Source of the DNA: Lepidodermella squamata
Taxonomy: Eukaryota; Animalia; Gastrotricha
Length of the DNA: 64,000 bases
Direction: 5' to 3'
Assembly: GCA_047495785.1 (NCBI GenBank)
Contig: JBLDXI010000030.1
Span: 1,302,001 to 1,366,000 of the forward strand
Position numbers and translations under genes: made by a program. The notes under the pieces were generated by a model. The model saw only the letters and a program-made list of their open reading frames with translations. It ran no database searches and was not told the origin of the DNA. Position 1 is the first letter of the stretch. Each line of letters begins with the position of its first letter. This document shows positions 1 to 12,339 of the stretch, in pieces.

Positions 1-1482
1 TGAGGCTTTCTAAGCTGAGCATCGATTCCCATCAGCAGAAAGACTAATAATTTGACTAGTTCGAAAAACATCGTCTGGTTATTGAAGTTCACTGAATGAA
101 ATGACTAGGTTGAGCGGCGAACTCGAGAAGGGTATTTTGGTCCAGACATGATGTCATGAGTTTACTACTGCATCTAAGCTAATTATTTAGACTGCCCGAG
201 CTATCCTGTATATGCTATCAAACTATCCTGACATATTTGTATCTCTGGCGAGGACTCAAAAATATCCAAAATTTAAAGTTAATAGAATGTAATATTTTGG
301 CACAAAACGGTGCTATAAATAGTCGGCACATTCGTTAGTAAACGCTCAGTACAAAATGTCTTGTAGAGGTTGCAGCCCTTCATAAACATGTGGGTTGACT
401 TCCTCATCGCAGACGTGTGTTCACGCCTTCGCAGCTGATCGACTTTACCGAGGCCGCACCAGACACTTGACGCGGTTCAATTTTGAGGGTTGCAGATAAA
501 ATGGAAATTTCGTGTTGACCCTATAGTAGCCATGATCCTATGCGACCCTCGCTGTCATTAAAGGATTGAGTGCCAACCTCTACTGCTCGCCGTCACGGCA
601 ATTTCTCCAGGGTAGTTCCACGACACGAATGGCGACAGTACGGGGGTTCCCCCGGCATTGTTTAGGAATCGAACCTGAGTCAATGATCGAATTAAATAAG
701 ATAAGCAGATGAGGCCGTAATGCAGCTGACGCTAATTTCAAAAAGTGCGAAAGTTCACGCTTATCAGCACATTATCAGTACATTATCAGCTACCTCAAAC
801 AGTCTCTCCAGAAGCTTCTCGAATCTGATGAATACCTTGAGCAGAAGCCGGGTTCAAGACTGAAGAAGCCCTTTCATCTCGAATGCCACGTGCCCTATCA
901 TGAGTTGGACATTCTCATATGCTGGCGAGTTCGCCACATCAAATCGTTAGAATTCGACTTTACCGAGTTCAAAACGAATATTTCAACATGTTTTCTGCCG
1001 CGAGTCTTTCTTTCTTACGGCCTCTTCAATAACGAGTGTACGGCTGAGGGTGGATTCTTCAATGTCGAATATACTTTCGAAATGGCCGATGGACAGGAGT
1101 GTGAAGCAGGCTACGATCTTGAATTGTATATACTGCTTACCCCTGCTTACATATTGTTCTCACGACGCCGATGGATGCACATAAAGGAGTTCCTTGCTTC
1201 TCAGTACTTCACGATTTGAAAGCGGTCAGAGTTGTTTTAACAAACCACTGCTCAAACATATGCGACTTGTGTGTATACTCTGTTACCGTTGTTTTTAAGG
1301 TATAAAGGAACGTCAAAATCAGTTTACACGCTATTCTCGAAATGACATACCTCCAATTTCAGCAACTCGTTAAAACAAATGTCCCAGTATTTATATGATA
1401 ATTTCATTTTTACGAGGTCACGTCCGATGTGTGGAAGCGCTGCGCCGGGAGGTATTTCATCTCGATGGAGCAATTATGAATT

Positions 1483-2591
1483 ATGATGAAGCTAGAATTT
1501 CTTCTCATTCTATTAGTCTCAGTCCCACTGGCCTTAGGGTCGAGATCTTCGAAAGCCAGAAGAGATCCGCACAATGAATGGCGCATTTACAAGCGAACTT
1601 TTATGAAAAGCTACAAGCACTACGGCGAAGAGCTTCTGCGAAAGCGAACTTACGAACGTAACTCAGCCCTTATCGACGCCCACAACGAACGGTACAAAAA
1701 CTACGGCTTCCAACTGGGCGCGAACCGGTTGACTGATATGGCCCAGCATGAGTACAACATTCGCCTAGGTCTTAATTGGTCACCCTATAGCATTAAATTG
1801 CTCGGTGCGCTAAAAACTAACTCAACTGCGAAGAAACTCGGAAGCAATGCTGCATTAGTGGATTCGAACACTAAAACTGTTAATGGGTCCTTAGATTGGA
1901 GATCAAAAGGAGCCGTAGGTCCGGTTGTTGATCAAGGTGACTGTGCTTCCTGTTGGTCATTCAGGTTTGTAATTTTCAAGCATTTTAAGGAGGATTTTTC
2001 CATAGTTTCCTTAACAGTGCTGCTGGTGCTCTCGAGGGGAGACATTTTCTGAAAAATGGTGGAAAACTGGTTGATTTATCAGAGCAGCATCTTGTTGATT
2101 GTTCTTCCGAGTTTGGAAACGATGGATGCCATGGCGGATTGATGCATACAGCTTTCGACTACGTCAGAGTCTATGGCGGCCTTAATAACCTTCAAACCTA
2201 CCCTTACAAGGGCTCTACAGACCGGAAATGCAAGGTCAACCCGAAATCTGCGAAATTTGCGAAAGCCAACAGCTACAAAATCGTCCAGCCTAAAAATGAG
2301 GCTGCTCTCATTGAAGCTCTCAAAACTGGCCCTGTCTCTGTCGGAATCGATTCGAGCTTATTTACCTTTCAGTCTTACTCTTCCGGAATTTACAACGATC
2401 CGCAGTGTTCGGATAACGTAAATCACGCTATGCTGCTTGTTGGCTATGGAACAGATGCGAAAACGGGCGTGCCGTTTTGGATTGCGAAGAATTCGTTCGG
2501 CCCAGATTGGGGCGAGAAGGGCTTCATCAGAATTGCACGTCGCGGCAACACCTGTGGCATTCTTAATTACGCTACTTATCCGATTTTGTAA
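1483..2591 (+). CDS. Cathepsin L-like papain-family (C1A) cysteine protease, 2 exons (1483-1964, 2018-2591)
   Basis: Signal peptide; ERFNIN-like prodomain (EELLRKRTYERNSALIDAHN) and GANRLTDM. DWR...QGDCASCWSF|SAAGALEG is joined by a 53-nt GT-AG intron (1965-2017), followed by LSEQHLVDC, catalytic His (VNHAMLLVGYG) and Asn (WIAKNSFG). Confidence 0.95.
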
Positions 2592-2699
2592 TTGCGACAC
2601 CTGCCACTTCTGCGCCCGTGGGAAAACTTGTTCGTGCTATGAAATAGCAATAAAAACCCAGAAATAAATGCCCGAGATTTATCAAAAGTGACTTGAAAA

Positions 2700-2846
2700 C
2701 AGAGAGCGAAGTACCGCTAGGGATGGTAGGGATCATCCCTACCAGTTCCATCGGTCCGTATGGTGAGCTCATTCAAAGACCAAAGGGGGGACCCTTATGT
2801 CGATTTTTGTGATCCCTAGCAGTTCCGCGGTCCTACTTCGCTCTAT
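2700..2846. repeat. Short imperfect inverted-repeat element (MITE-like)
   Basis: agagcgaagta...gctagggat at the left end and atccctagc...tacttcgctct at the right end. Confidence 0.45.
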
Positions 2847-3070
2847 GCTTGAAAAAACTGAAGGAATTATCTTTAGGGCTGCCAAATAATTCCCGGACAT
2901 CTAAGCTAAAATATCAATCACTGACATTTCTCAGAAAAAAGCAAAACCCAATTTCGCAGTAGCTTCCAGCCAATAAATTCCCAACGTAGCCATAGCGATT
3001 GTCACACCTCGAGTAATTAAATGAAAAAGGTGAATTATTCATGAAATGAACGCCAAAAATATAAAAATCG

Positions 3071-3785
3071 ATGGATCTCGCGCATATCCGTTTTTCTTAT
3101 TTTCGTAATTTTCATTGTAATAATGCATCCGAATCGTGCGAGAAGCTTGTCTTTACCTAGCCTGGTAGCTAGAACCGGAGTCCGGCCTGTAGAACCACGC
3201 TGGCCTAACGGGATTATCCCCTACGAGATCGACTACGAGTCTTTCCATCGGCAGGAGGGGGTTGAACTAATTGGAATGATCCATTGGGCGATGGACGACG
3301 AGTTCAACATCAGATCGCAATGCATTCAGTTCGTACCTAGGAATCAACTTGAAGACGAAGACTACGTCGTTTTCCAATGTACTCTGATAACTGGGGCTTC
3401 AGCTGTTGGACGGCAGGGTGGTCGGCAAACGATTAAGATAGCTCGCGACTCTGATTTGACTGGTCTACTGCATGAAATGATGCACTCGCTAGGATTTATG
3501 CACTATCAAAGCCACAACTCAATCGATGGACGTTATGCCTTCCCTATTGTTAGGAAATCTAAGCTACTAGACTCTGGAGGGCAAAAGGTTGTCCTAACGC
3601 TCGGCTACTACGACAAATTGTCTGTTATGCGGCAACCATGCACTGGAGTTTACTTTCCTAGATCTGGCAAAAGTTCGCATAGGCTGAGCCGAAGTGATCT
3701 GAGAAGCATTTGGCTCATTTACGGGAGACCTATTGAAACAATTTTAATTCAGTGCAGTGACCGAAAGGTCCATTTTAGTAAATAA
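3071..3785 (+). pseudogene. Astacin-like (M12A) zinc metalloprotease, degenerate/probable pseudogene
   Basis: RWPNGIIPYEID, CIQFVPR, SAVGRQGGRQTI and HEMMHSLGFMH are present. It has HYQ instead of HE, no RxDRD, and a Met-turn SVMRQ instead of SxMHY. A hydrophobic signal-like stretch (ISRISVFLIFVIFIVI) is in frame, but its ATG at 3071 is 1 nt out of frame. Confidence 0.75.
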
Positions 3786-3799
3786 AGAATGTTCTCATG

Positions 3800-6700
3800 T
3801 CAGAGATACTCGTTTTCTTGTTTGATCAAAGTAATCTCTAAAATTTTAGCCCGGAGTTGTTTGAAGGAAGGTCTGTCTTCATACGTATGGATCCAGCAGA
3901 TCTTCATGATATCATTGTATCTGCAACAACATGTTCAAGAGAAGAATCGGAATACAAGAAAGAAAAACTAACATTTTATCGGGGCAAGCAGGTGGCTTCG
4001 GCAAGCGAAGACCTTGGCAAACGTGGAAGATCACTTCCATGCCTAGCAATTGATCGTATGGCTCCGATTCACAATCTACCAGATAGGATATACACGTTTC
4101 ATTTTGATGGACCCTTGGGTTCGCTTACTTGTGAACATTTCCCACATAACAACGCCGAAAGACCAAACATCACTCTTGAGGACGAAAATCTTACGCATCA
4201 ATGATTCGGGCGGATGCCATCTAACAGGAATTGCGGATTCATGCTCATCAGACGTTCGATAATAGCAGCCTTCATCGTCTAAAACTCGAGACAATCCAAA
4301 GTCGGAGATCTTGCAGGTCATGCCATCGGATAGCAGTACGTTTCGACAAGCTAAATCTCGATGCATGCAATTCTTGGAATGAAGGTACACCATTCCTTCG
4401 CAAATTTCACTGATGAACCTTAATCTACTTGTTAAGCTAACCTCGGAAACTTTCCTGGTCTTGAGGAAGTCTTTAAGGGTCCCGTTTTTCATGAAAGGTA
4501 CTGTCAGGTGGGGCTGATCGTGAAGAATCGCGATTCCAATTAGCGGAAGGACATTAGGGTGGTCGAAATCTTTCATAACATGAGCTTCTTTGATCAGCCC
4601 AGCTACATCAGCTTTCACATCAGGGCGGATGCTTTTCACAGCTACGTCTTGCTCGTCCTTATCAGGCATTCGAAGTACGGCGCGTTGGACTGTGCCGAAA
4701 TTTCCTGTTCCGAGTATCCCAGTTATCTCGAGCCAATTATTGCTAACGTTGATGCGTTCGATGAGAATGATCAGATCCTGAGCCCCTTCCAGTCCTTCGA
4801 GTAACTTGGTGAAATCAGCAAACGGGACGACGTAGTTAGAATCGTGACTGGTGACGATGCTATCAGCCCTAGTCCTCTTTAACTTTCGATGTCGTAAGAA
4901 TAGGAATCCTAGAAGGGCGAGGACGATTAGGACAATAGTGCCCAGAGTTGAAGTCAAAATGATCAAAAGTTCTTCGCCTGAAATCAAAAATTGAATGGGA
5001 AGAAAAATACAACAGATACCTCACCTGATTCTAGAGATTCATTCTCATTCACTCCTTCGATCACAGCGAAGTAAGGATTGTGGCTGTTATAATTTCTATC
5101 TTCCAAGGAACATCTTGTGATACTCTGAGTTATAATGGAATATATGGCAGCCGTTGTGCCTGATTCATTGGGAACCGTTGGGATTTTTAGCTCAGTTTCA
5201 ATGGCCGAAATAGGAATGAGCGTATTCTGAATTCGATCGAATAAGCTCAGCGTTTTACTGAAGTCAGGATCAATAGCCGTTATTGTTATATGGCTACTGT
5301 TGACTCGATAGTTGACCTCGTAGCCTAGGAAGGTGATTCCAGCCAACGTTAAGCTATCGATTCCATCTGGCAGAGATGGCTGTAAGATATCAACTCGATC
5401 AGTCCTTATCCTTAGCCCACCAAATCCGAACATGAGGACATTCAAAAAAGCGGCTGCGGTATATGTGTGGCCAATAGCCGAATTTTTCGTATCAGTAACA
5501 TTCCTCCAGATGAAAAATGGCTCGGAATAGTAGTTTTCGAGCAAACTCTCAAAATCCTTTCGACCAGCTGCCATTGAAGCTTTCGTAGCAAGTTGCATTT
5601 CCAGAATAGCTTTTACAGCCAAAGAAGTCCCAGAAATGTTCACTTCTTTGATCCCAGCTTCGAAGGTTCTGCCAAATTTGCGGTTGTAATTCTGGAAAAT
5701 CAAATAAAAAATATTCCATTTTTTGCTGATCTTCACTTACGTCAATATCGTTCCTCAAGAGTTCTGGAGGAGCCTGTTCCAGGAATCTCCCCGAAAAGTT
5801 GTACCCAACTGGGAAATGAGCCAAGAGGACATCGGCCTGAGAAATGGCATCACTCATATTGAAACCATCGAATTGATAGTTGATCTTTTTAGAATTGTCG
5901 TACGGGAATTTCAAACGCATCGATTTGTCAAGCTGATCTTCTTCGATAGGGTCTCTATTCAAACAATTCAAGTACTGAGTGAAGTGAACAGCCAGTTGAC
6001 CAAGAGTCAGTGTCAATAGGCTGTTTATTTGGTTCTGGTGCAGCTCATCAGTCCCACTGACATTGTGGATCGACAAAAAGGTGCTGTTTTGATCATTGTC
6101 CTCTAATTTCTTTTCGAATGACACTGCGGCATTCTTGTTGATAGAAAATATAGAATCGGTTTTAATCTTTGATCTAGTGATGAAGTACAGCATTCGAGAG
6201 GTTAAGCTGAACAAGCTTTCACTGAACATCGCTTGAACGGCGCAATGTGAACACCATGTAGGCTGAGCCTTAGCTTTGTTCAACGTTTCGTAGGGGTAGG
6301 GGATATTCCTGCCTTGGGTGATGGAGCGGCTGAGGACTATTTGGCCTGCAATATCAGGATGAAGCCATGCAACTGGTTGGAATAGGAAAAGTTCTTGCTC
6401 CACAGTATGATGGCCGCCAAATTGACGCCGGGTGGACCCACGGCCGAGACCACAAGCGGAAGCTCCATAGAAACTTCCGTAAAGATCATACGAGTCCCTG
6501 TTGAATTGCTCCACAAAACCGAGCTGACTGAAGACCTGGTAGTAGGCGGACTGAATTGCTTCATTTAGTAACAACGCGCGAGGTCCTGCCATATTTGTGT
6601 TGATTTTTCAATAATTTCAAGTAATTATTTACCTGATACGCTGACGGATCCAGTATTGATTAATTTTTGCCATTTCTGAACACTTAATTTCACAAACAGA

Positions 6701-7605
6701 TAAGGATCCGCGTTTGCCGTCACGACCCCACGCCGATACTCATCCAACGCAATGGCATTATCATAGTCTATTGTAAGGAGGGAAACAAGCACATCCGTGA
6801 CCGTTGTGTCCAATTTGACATCGAAAAACCGGCCGTCGCCTATCGCGAAGCGACACTTGACGTAAGCCGTCGCGTATGGAACGCTGAAGCCAGGATGTTC
6901 CAAGTAAAACGTGATTTTCCTATTGCCGAAAAATCGAGTCTCAAATTTGATTTAAATTACGAACTGTCACTACCAGGTATCACTCTGTTCTCCCATGGTT
7001 TTTGAGATGTTAACGTTTTTAGAAAAATATTTATCGCTCAACGCTTCGCGGTAGATTTCGCTTTGATAAAACCTGACATTGGAACTCTGGAGTAACGTCC
7101 CTCCAGTGATGCTGATAGTGTGGAAGTAAGTTCGCTTGTACTCGTAATGACATCCGTAAATTGAGCGAATTACCAATCCTCGCTTAGTCCAAATCACTTC
7201 CTGCCAGACGCCAATTGTAGGATAGAAACGGAACTTTCTGTCCGCAATAGGATCTACCACACTGTCTACTTCAATTTTCGAGATTTTGAACACTGCATAG
7301 TTCGGCAGGGGTGTTCTTTGAATGTATCCATCGTCTTCCCTGTGAAAATACGCCGAAAGGTAAATTGACTCCTGAAAAAAATAGTTCACTATCCTGAGCT
7401 AACAAGAGCATTCGAGTCGTAATGCTCTTACGTTGTAGACAACAGTTCCTATTAATCCAGTTGACAACTCGGGAAGCAAATCGGCATTTTTAGTGTCAAA
7501 ATCGGATCCAGCTTCGATGAAATCTGTAAAATGCTCCTCTAGCAATTGCCCAGCCACTGTTAACATGCATATAATGCCGAGATTTAAGATTTCCTCAACA
7601 AACAT
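3800..7605 (-). CDS. GH65/PGGHG-ectodomain receptor tyrosine kinase, copy 1 (8 exons)
   Basis: Signal exon ~7605-7432. Ectodomain exons contain LLPELSTGLIGTVVY, GASACGLGRG, SGTDELH, ISQADVLLAHFP, SEPFFIWRN and AAAFLNVLMFGFGGLRI. TM + kinase exon ~4978-4130 contains GTGNFG, VAVK, HRDLACRN, DFG and SDVWSFG. Two short 3' exons end ...QENEYL*. Confidence 0.9.
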
Positions 7606-7639
7606 TTTTTTTTAAATGCTTAAAAAATTATGCATACAA

Positions 7640-7735
7640 GTTTTATTGCGATCAACATCTTTAACATATGTCGTGCGCGCACTTTTTCGCGTTTATCAGC
7701 ACTTGAAGTCCACTATCTGATTTTCAATTGCAATG
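7640..7735 (-). promoter_or_regulatory. Conserved non-coding element upstream of RTK copy 1 (paralogous to 11654-11745)
   Basis: ttttattgcgatcaa...ctttaacatatgtc...cgtttatcagc(a/g)cttgaag...tatctgatttt is shared between the upstream regions of copies 1 and 2. Confidence 0.6.
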
Positions 7736-7829
7736 GCATCTGTTGAACAGCCTTTTTTACACTTGACAATTTTGGCTATAAAAAATTCGGAAACTTTCAC
7801 TTCAGCAAATTTAATTTCTTTGAAAGGAT

Positions 7830-10800
7830 TCACAGATGAACGCTAACTACATGCTGAGACATTGAGCCACAGATGTGAAGAAGTTCACCAAATGTTGGCC
7901 GAGCTTTCGGCTCCTGAGACCAGCATGCCAGCATTACTTGATACAATTGATCCGGGCAGATTTCAGGCTTGGGCAGGCGACATCCGTGTGATAGATGAAT
8001 AGCTATCTCCATGGGTTGCAAATCAGAATACGGCTCCATCTTGCAATCTAAAAGTTATTTAAAATACATGTAAAATACAGAGCCAACGCCTAACCTGTAA
8101 AAATTTCCCACATTACTACGCCGAAGGACCAGACGTCACTTTTCAACATAAAAATTCGACGGACAAGCGATTCAGGCGGGTGCCATCGAACTGGGACTCG
8201 GTACTCGGTAGCCTCTAAACATTGATAGAAGCCATCTTCACACTCCACTGTTCGAGACAAGCCGAAGTCTGAAATCTTCGCCGTTAAATCGTCAGACAGC
8301 AAAACGTTTCGGCAAGCTAAATCGCGATGCATGCAGTTTTTCTCAGAAAGATACGCCATTCCAGAGCAAATCTCCTGTATGAAACGAAGCCTATCTTCTA
8401 AAGTCATAGAACCAGCGTTGGAGACCACGTAGTCGTTCAACGTGCCCGACGACATGAAAGGAACGATTAAATTCGGCTGGTCTCTCAGAATCGCAATTCC
8501 GATAAGGGGTAGCACGTTAGGATGGCTGAAGTCCTTCATTACATAAGCTTCTTTGATCAACCCAGCCACATCAGCTTTCACATCAGGTCGGATGCTTTTC
8601 ACGGCTACAAGTTGTTCCGGCTCATTTGGCAGGCGAAGAACGGCTTTTTGAACTGCCCCGAAATTGCCAGTCCCAATGAGATCAGTGATTTCAAGCCAAT
8701 CCGCGCAGACATTGATGCGTTCTACCAGAATTATAAGATCTTCCGCTCCTTCTAAACCTTTGAGTAACTTTGTGTAATCCGCGAAAGGTTGGAAGTAGTT
8801 ATTTCCGTCTACAATTCTTTGTTGAGTTTCTGGATCTTTTTTCTTGCGACGAAGCAGGATAAACGCCGAGATTGCTAAAGATATCACAACAGTGACCGTC
8901 AAAGTTGAGGCGAGAATGACTTCGAGATCATCTGAAAAATTAAGCCTAGTGATACTATAGCTTAAGGTTTCTGGCTTTACCTTTTGTATCTGGGTCTTCA
9001 ACAATATAGTAAGGATTGTGGCTGTTGTAATTCCTGTCCTCCAAAGCGCATTTTGTGCTAGACTCCGTGATGAAGCTGTAGATCGCAGCAGTTGTCATTG
9101 AATCTTTTTCTGGTAGAGGTAAAGTGATCGAGCTATCTTTCAGCTTGATGTATTTCCCGTTTAAACGGTCATAGACAGTGGTTATTGCGATGAATTCAGC
9201 TTTCATCGATGAAACAGTAATCGTCTTCTCTGTCACTTCATAATCGACCTTGAATTCGTAGAAAAAGGTGATCTGTTTGAAACTCATTGTCTTTATGCCT
9301 TTGGGCAGGGATGGTCGCAGGATATCGATACGGCACACGCGCAGCCTTAGGCCACCAAATCCGGAGATTATCACGTTGAGAAAAGCTCCAGCCGTATAGG
9401 TATGCCCTATTGCTGCCGTGTTCGCGTCCGAAATGTTTCTCCATACGAAAAATGGCCCGGAATTGTATTCGGACATTAACATTTCGAAATCGCATCTGCC
9501 CGATTCAATGAATTGGTTAGTCCCGAGCTGCATTTCAAGAATGGCTTTGATCGCTAGGGAAGTTGCCGGAATCGAAGCTTTCCCACTAGTGTTCGCGAAG
9601 TTCGTAGTGTATTTCTAAGCAATTCAATAATTTAGTAAAAATTGTCTATCCTTTAACATGAAAAACCTGAATGTCATTGTAAAGAATTTGAAAAGGCGCT
9701 TGCTCTAGGAATTTTCCTGAAAAATTGTAACCAATAGGAAAGTGAGTCAGCAAAACTTCCGCTTGGCTGATCGCGTCTCCAAAATTGAACCCTTCGAATT
9801 CTCGATTGCTGGTCTCCACTTTGTCATATGGGAAGTAAAATCTCCTGGTGTTGTCAGCCGCCTCCGGGTCTACGAAATCTTGATTTACACAGGTGAGAAA
9901 CTCGTCGAAATGCAGAGCAAGAGACGCTAGAATGTTCGTCAACAAATTATTGCTCTCATTGCGATGCAGCTCATCTGGACCACAGACCTCGTTGATAGAC
10001 ACGTAGTCGTGGTCATCCGTCAGTTTCGGTGCTAGGAATGCCGAGGTCATTCCGCTGATTTGCTTCAACCGCTGGAAGCTAACTTTACCCCTTGTGGCTG
10101 CGTAGAAGATTCTGGTGGACAAGGAAAGCAATATCTCGCTGTACAACGACTGGTTATAGCAGTGATCACACCACGTAGGTGGCACCACCCATGTGTCAGC
10201 AATTTCGAACGCCATCGGCTCCACGTGTTGAAGCACACGCCAACGATGAAGGATAAGGCTCTCCATTGATGTTGGCTGTATGAAAGCGAACAGAGGCGGG
10301 ATGAAGAATTCGGAATCGGGGGTCACGTGACCGCCGAAGTTTCGCCTCGTAGCACCTCTTCCGAGGCCACACGCCGAGATTCCCGCGAAATCGCTATCGG
10401 TTCCCAAAGAATTTGTTACAGGATTAAAACGAAGAATTGACGGCATTTGGCTGTAGATATTGTACATTGCAGAACGGGCCATTCTATTCAACTTTACATC
10501 ATCTTCACAGCAGATGTAGATTTACGACTTGAGGTGTATATACTTACCTGCAAAGTTAATGAAAGTTCCACCCGCTCTGTTCTGCCAGGCTTTCAAATGT
10601 TGTTCCAAGGCTATGTAAGGCTTTTCCCGCGGGAAAAGATCGAATTCATCGCGAGCGTTTGCGTAACTTCGATCCATGGTCAGCCAAGATACAGTTTTAT
10701 CCATGTAGGTCGCTTCCAACGCCATTTCAAAATTCAAAGACGCGTTTGAAGCGAATATGTCGATTTCATTCACGTTTGAAATCTGATTTTTGAACCTCAC

Positions 10801-11503
10801 GGTATGATACCTGCAATCGTAAATTCAACATGAATCTGTGAAGATAATCAAAAGACTTGCATTGACTGAAGAACTTCATCGTAAACCGCCGATTCTACAG
10901 AAATATCTTGTTCCCTAGCTATTTGTTTGTAAAAATCCGGCTGACGAATTGTCAGTTTGGATCCAATATGAATGGTTGAAGTTTCAACAACTAACACATT
11001 GAAAAACGTCCGTGAGTAGTAGTAATTACATCCCGATATCAGACGCAGGCGCAACCCACTCACTGTGCGAATCTCCTGCTCAAACAAGCCGATTTCATAG
11101 TAGAATTTGAACGTTTCCCTCGTTATCCCTTCATTTGTGTCATTCAGATGAACAGATGCAATGCGGAAAACGGCATAGTTTGGCAAACGAACCCGCCTTA
11201 TAAACCCATCTGAAGACGATACAAACGAGAGCGAATGATAAATTGATTCCTGTATCAAAGGAAAGAGGTTTGAAAATCGCTGTTGAAGCTTCAAATTATA
11301 AAAAAACCCACATTATAAGGAGTCGTACCGATGACTCCGGATGATAGCTCTGGCAATGAATCATGGTCAGGGAGTTCATCGATCTCGATGAAGTCGATTT
11401 TCTCAAGTTGGTCAGTGATAGTGAAACCTAAGCCTGGTTCGTTGAAAATCGAGGCAGCGAGTGTGAAAAGACAGATGGAAGCTATCGCAGAAATTATGGA
11501 CAT
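7830..11503 (-). CDS. GH65/PGGHG-ectodomain receptor tyrosine kinase, copy 2 (most divergent, 7 exons)
   Basis: ORF pieces 11291-11503 (signal), 10848-11294, 10522-10800, 9646-10491 (CGPDELH, ISQAEVLL), 8955-9533, 8090-9004 (TM + kinase) and 7830-8039 (kinase C-lobe) are separated by short GT-AG introns. Confidence 0.9.
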
Positions 11504-12339
11504 AATAGCCTAAAAGATGAATGATAAATTAGATTTCTATGAGAAAGCATTCTTGTTTATTTCAAGCTCCAAAGCATAACCAAAAGCTCTGAAAATAAAT
11601 GTAGAAAATAATTTAGCTGTTATGTCAACGTCACTCTTTAATATTTATATAATTTTATTGCGATCAATAGCTTTAACATATGTCATGTGCGTACTTGTCC
11701 GTTTATCAGCGCTTGAAGCCTTTTATCTGATTTTTAATTATGGCACCTGCCAGACAACATATATTGTTACATAATAAGAATAATATTAAAAATAATAATA
11801 GTGGCTTCATTTTTTTCAGCCTCCTTGCGACTGAACGTCTCTGAAAGTTTCCCGTAATGAAGGAGTAGGCATGATAATGCTGAAACACAGGCACACACGG
11901 AATCATGGAAACACATAGACTTTGAATGTCCAGGTCCGGGAGCTGGAGCGAAGCGACTTGCTCGAGGCCGCAATGCGAGTTGTTTCTTTGCGGGCAGCCG
12001 GTACAGTTTGGACACTTTTGACGACTGGAATTTAGCCTCTTTTCGAACGGATTTAGCGACTTGCAAGAATACACTCCAAAACGACGTGGCCAGCATGGAA
12101 AAAACCGAAAATTCCACAGAAAATAGCGGCATAATTACCTGAAAGACATATTTTCTCCAAAAAACCTTAATTTACTAGGAAAGCATTTCACATATTTCCA
12201 ACAGGCCTAAACAATAGCCGAAAAAAGTCACTATAACATGTTGGGAATCAAGTTAACGACAAAGCGAATAATAATCAGAAATCAATAGCTGCTATACATA
12301 ATTTCACATGACAATTCTAATTAAACAGAGTATGTTTCG

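Noticed and set aside
890-1219. 109-aa ORF upstream of cathepsin
   Set aside because: GTG start, no recognisable motif or clear exon structure.
5549-6592. Horizontal transfer of a bacterial GH65 phosphorylase as source of the ectodomain
   Set aside because: Motif spacing and the N-terminus resemble metazoan PGGHG and the region contains introns; an endogenous origin is simpler, pending phylogeny.
7606-7829. Operon / SL trans-splicing suggested by the very short intergenic distance
   Set aside because: An acceptor-like ttttag precedes the ATG in copy 2 but not consistently in the other copies; untestable without transcripts.
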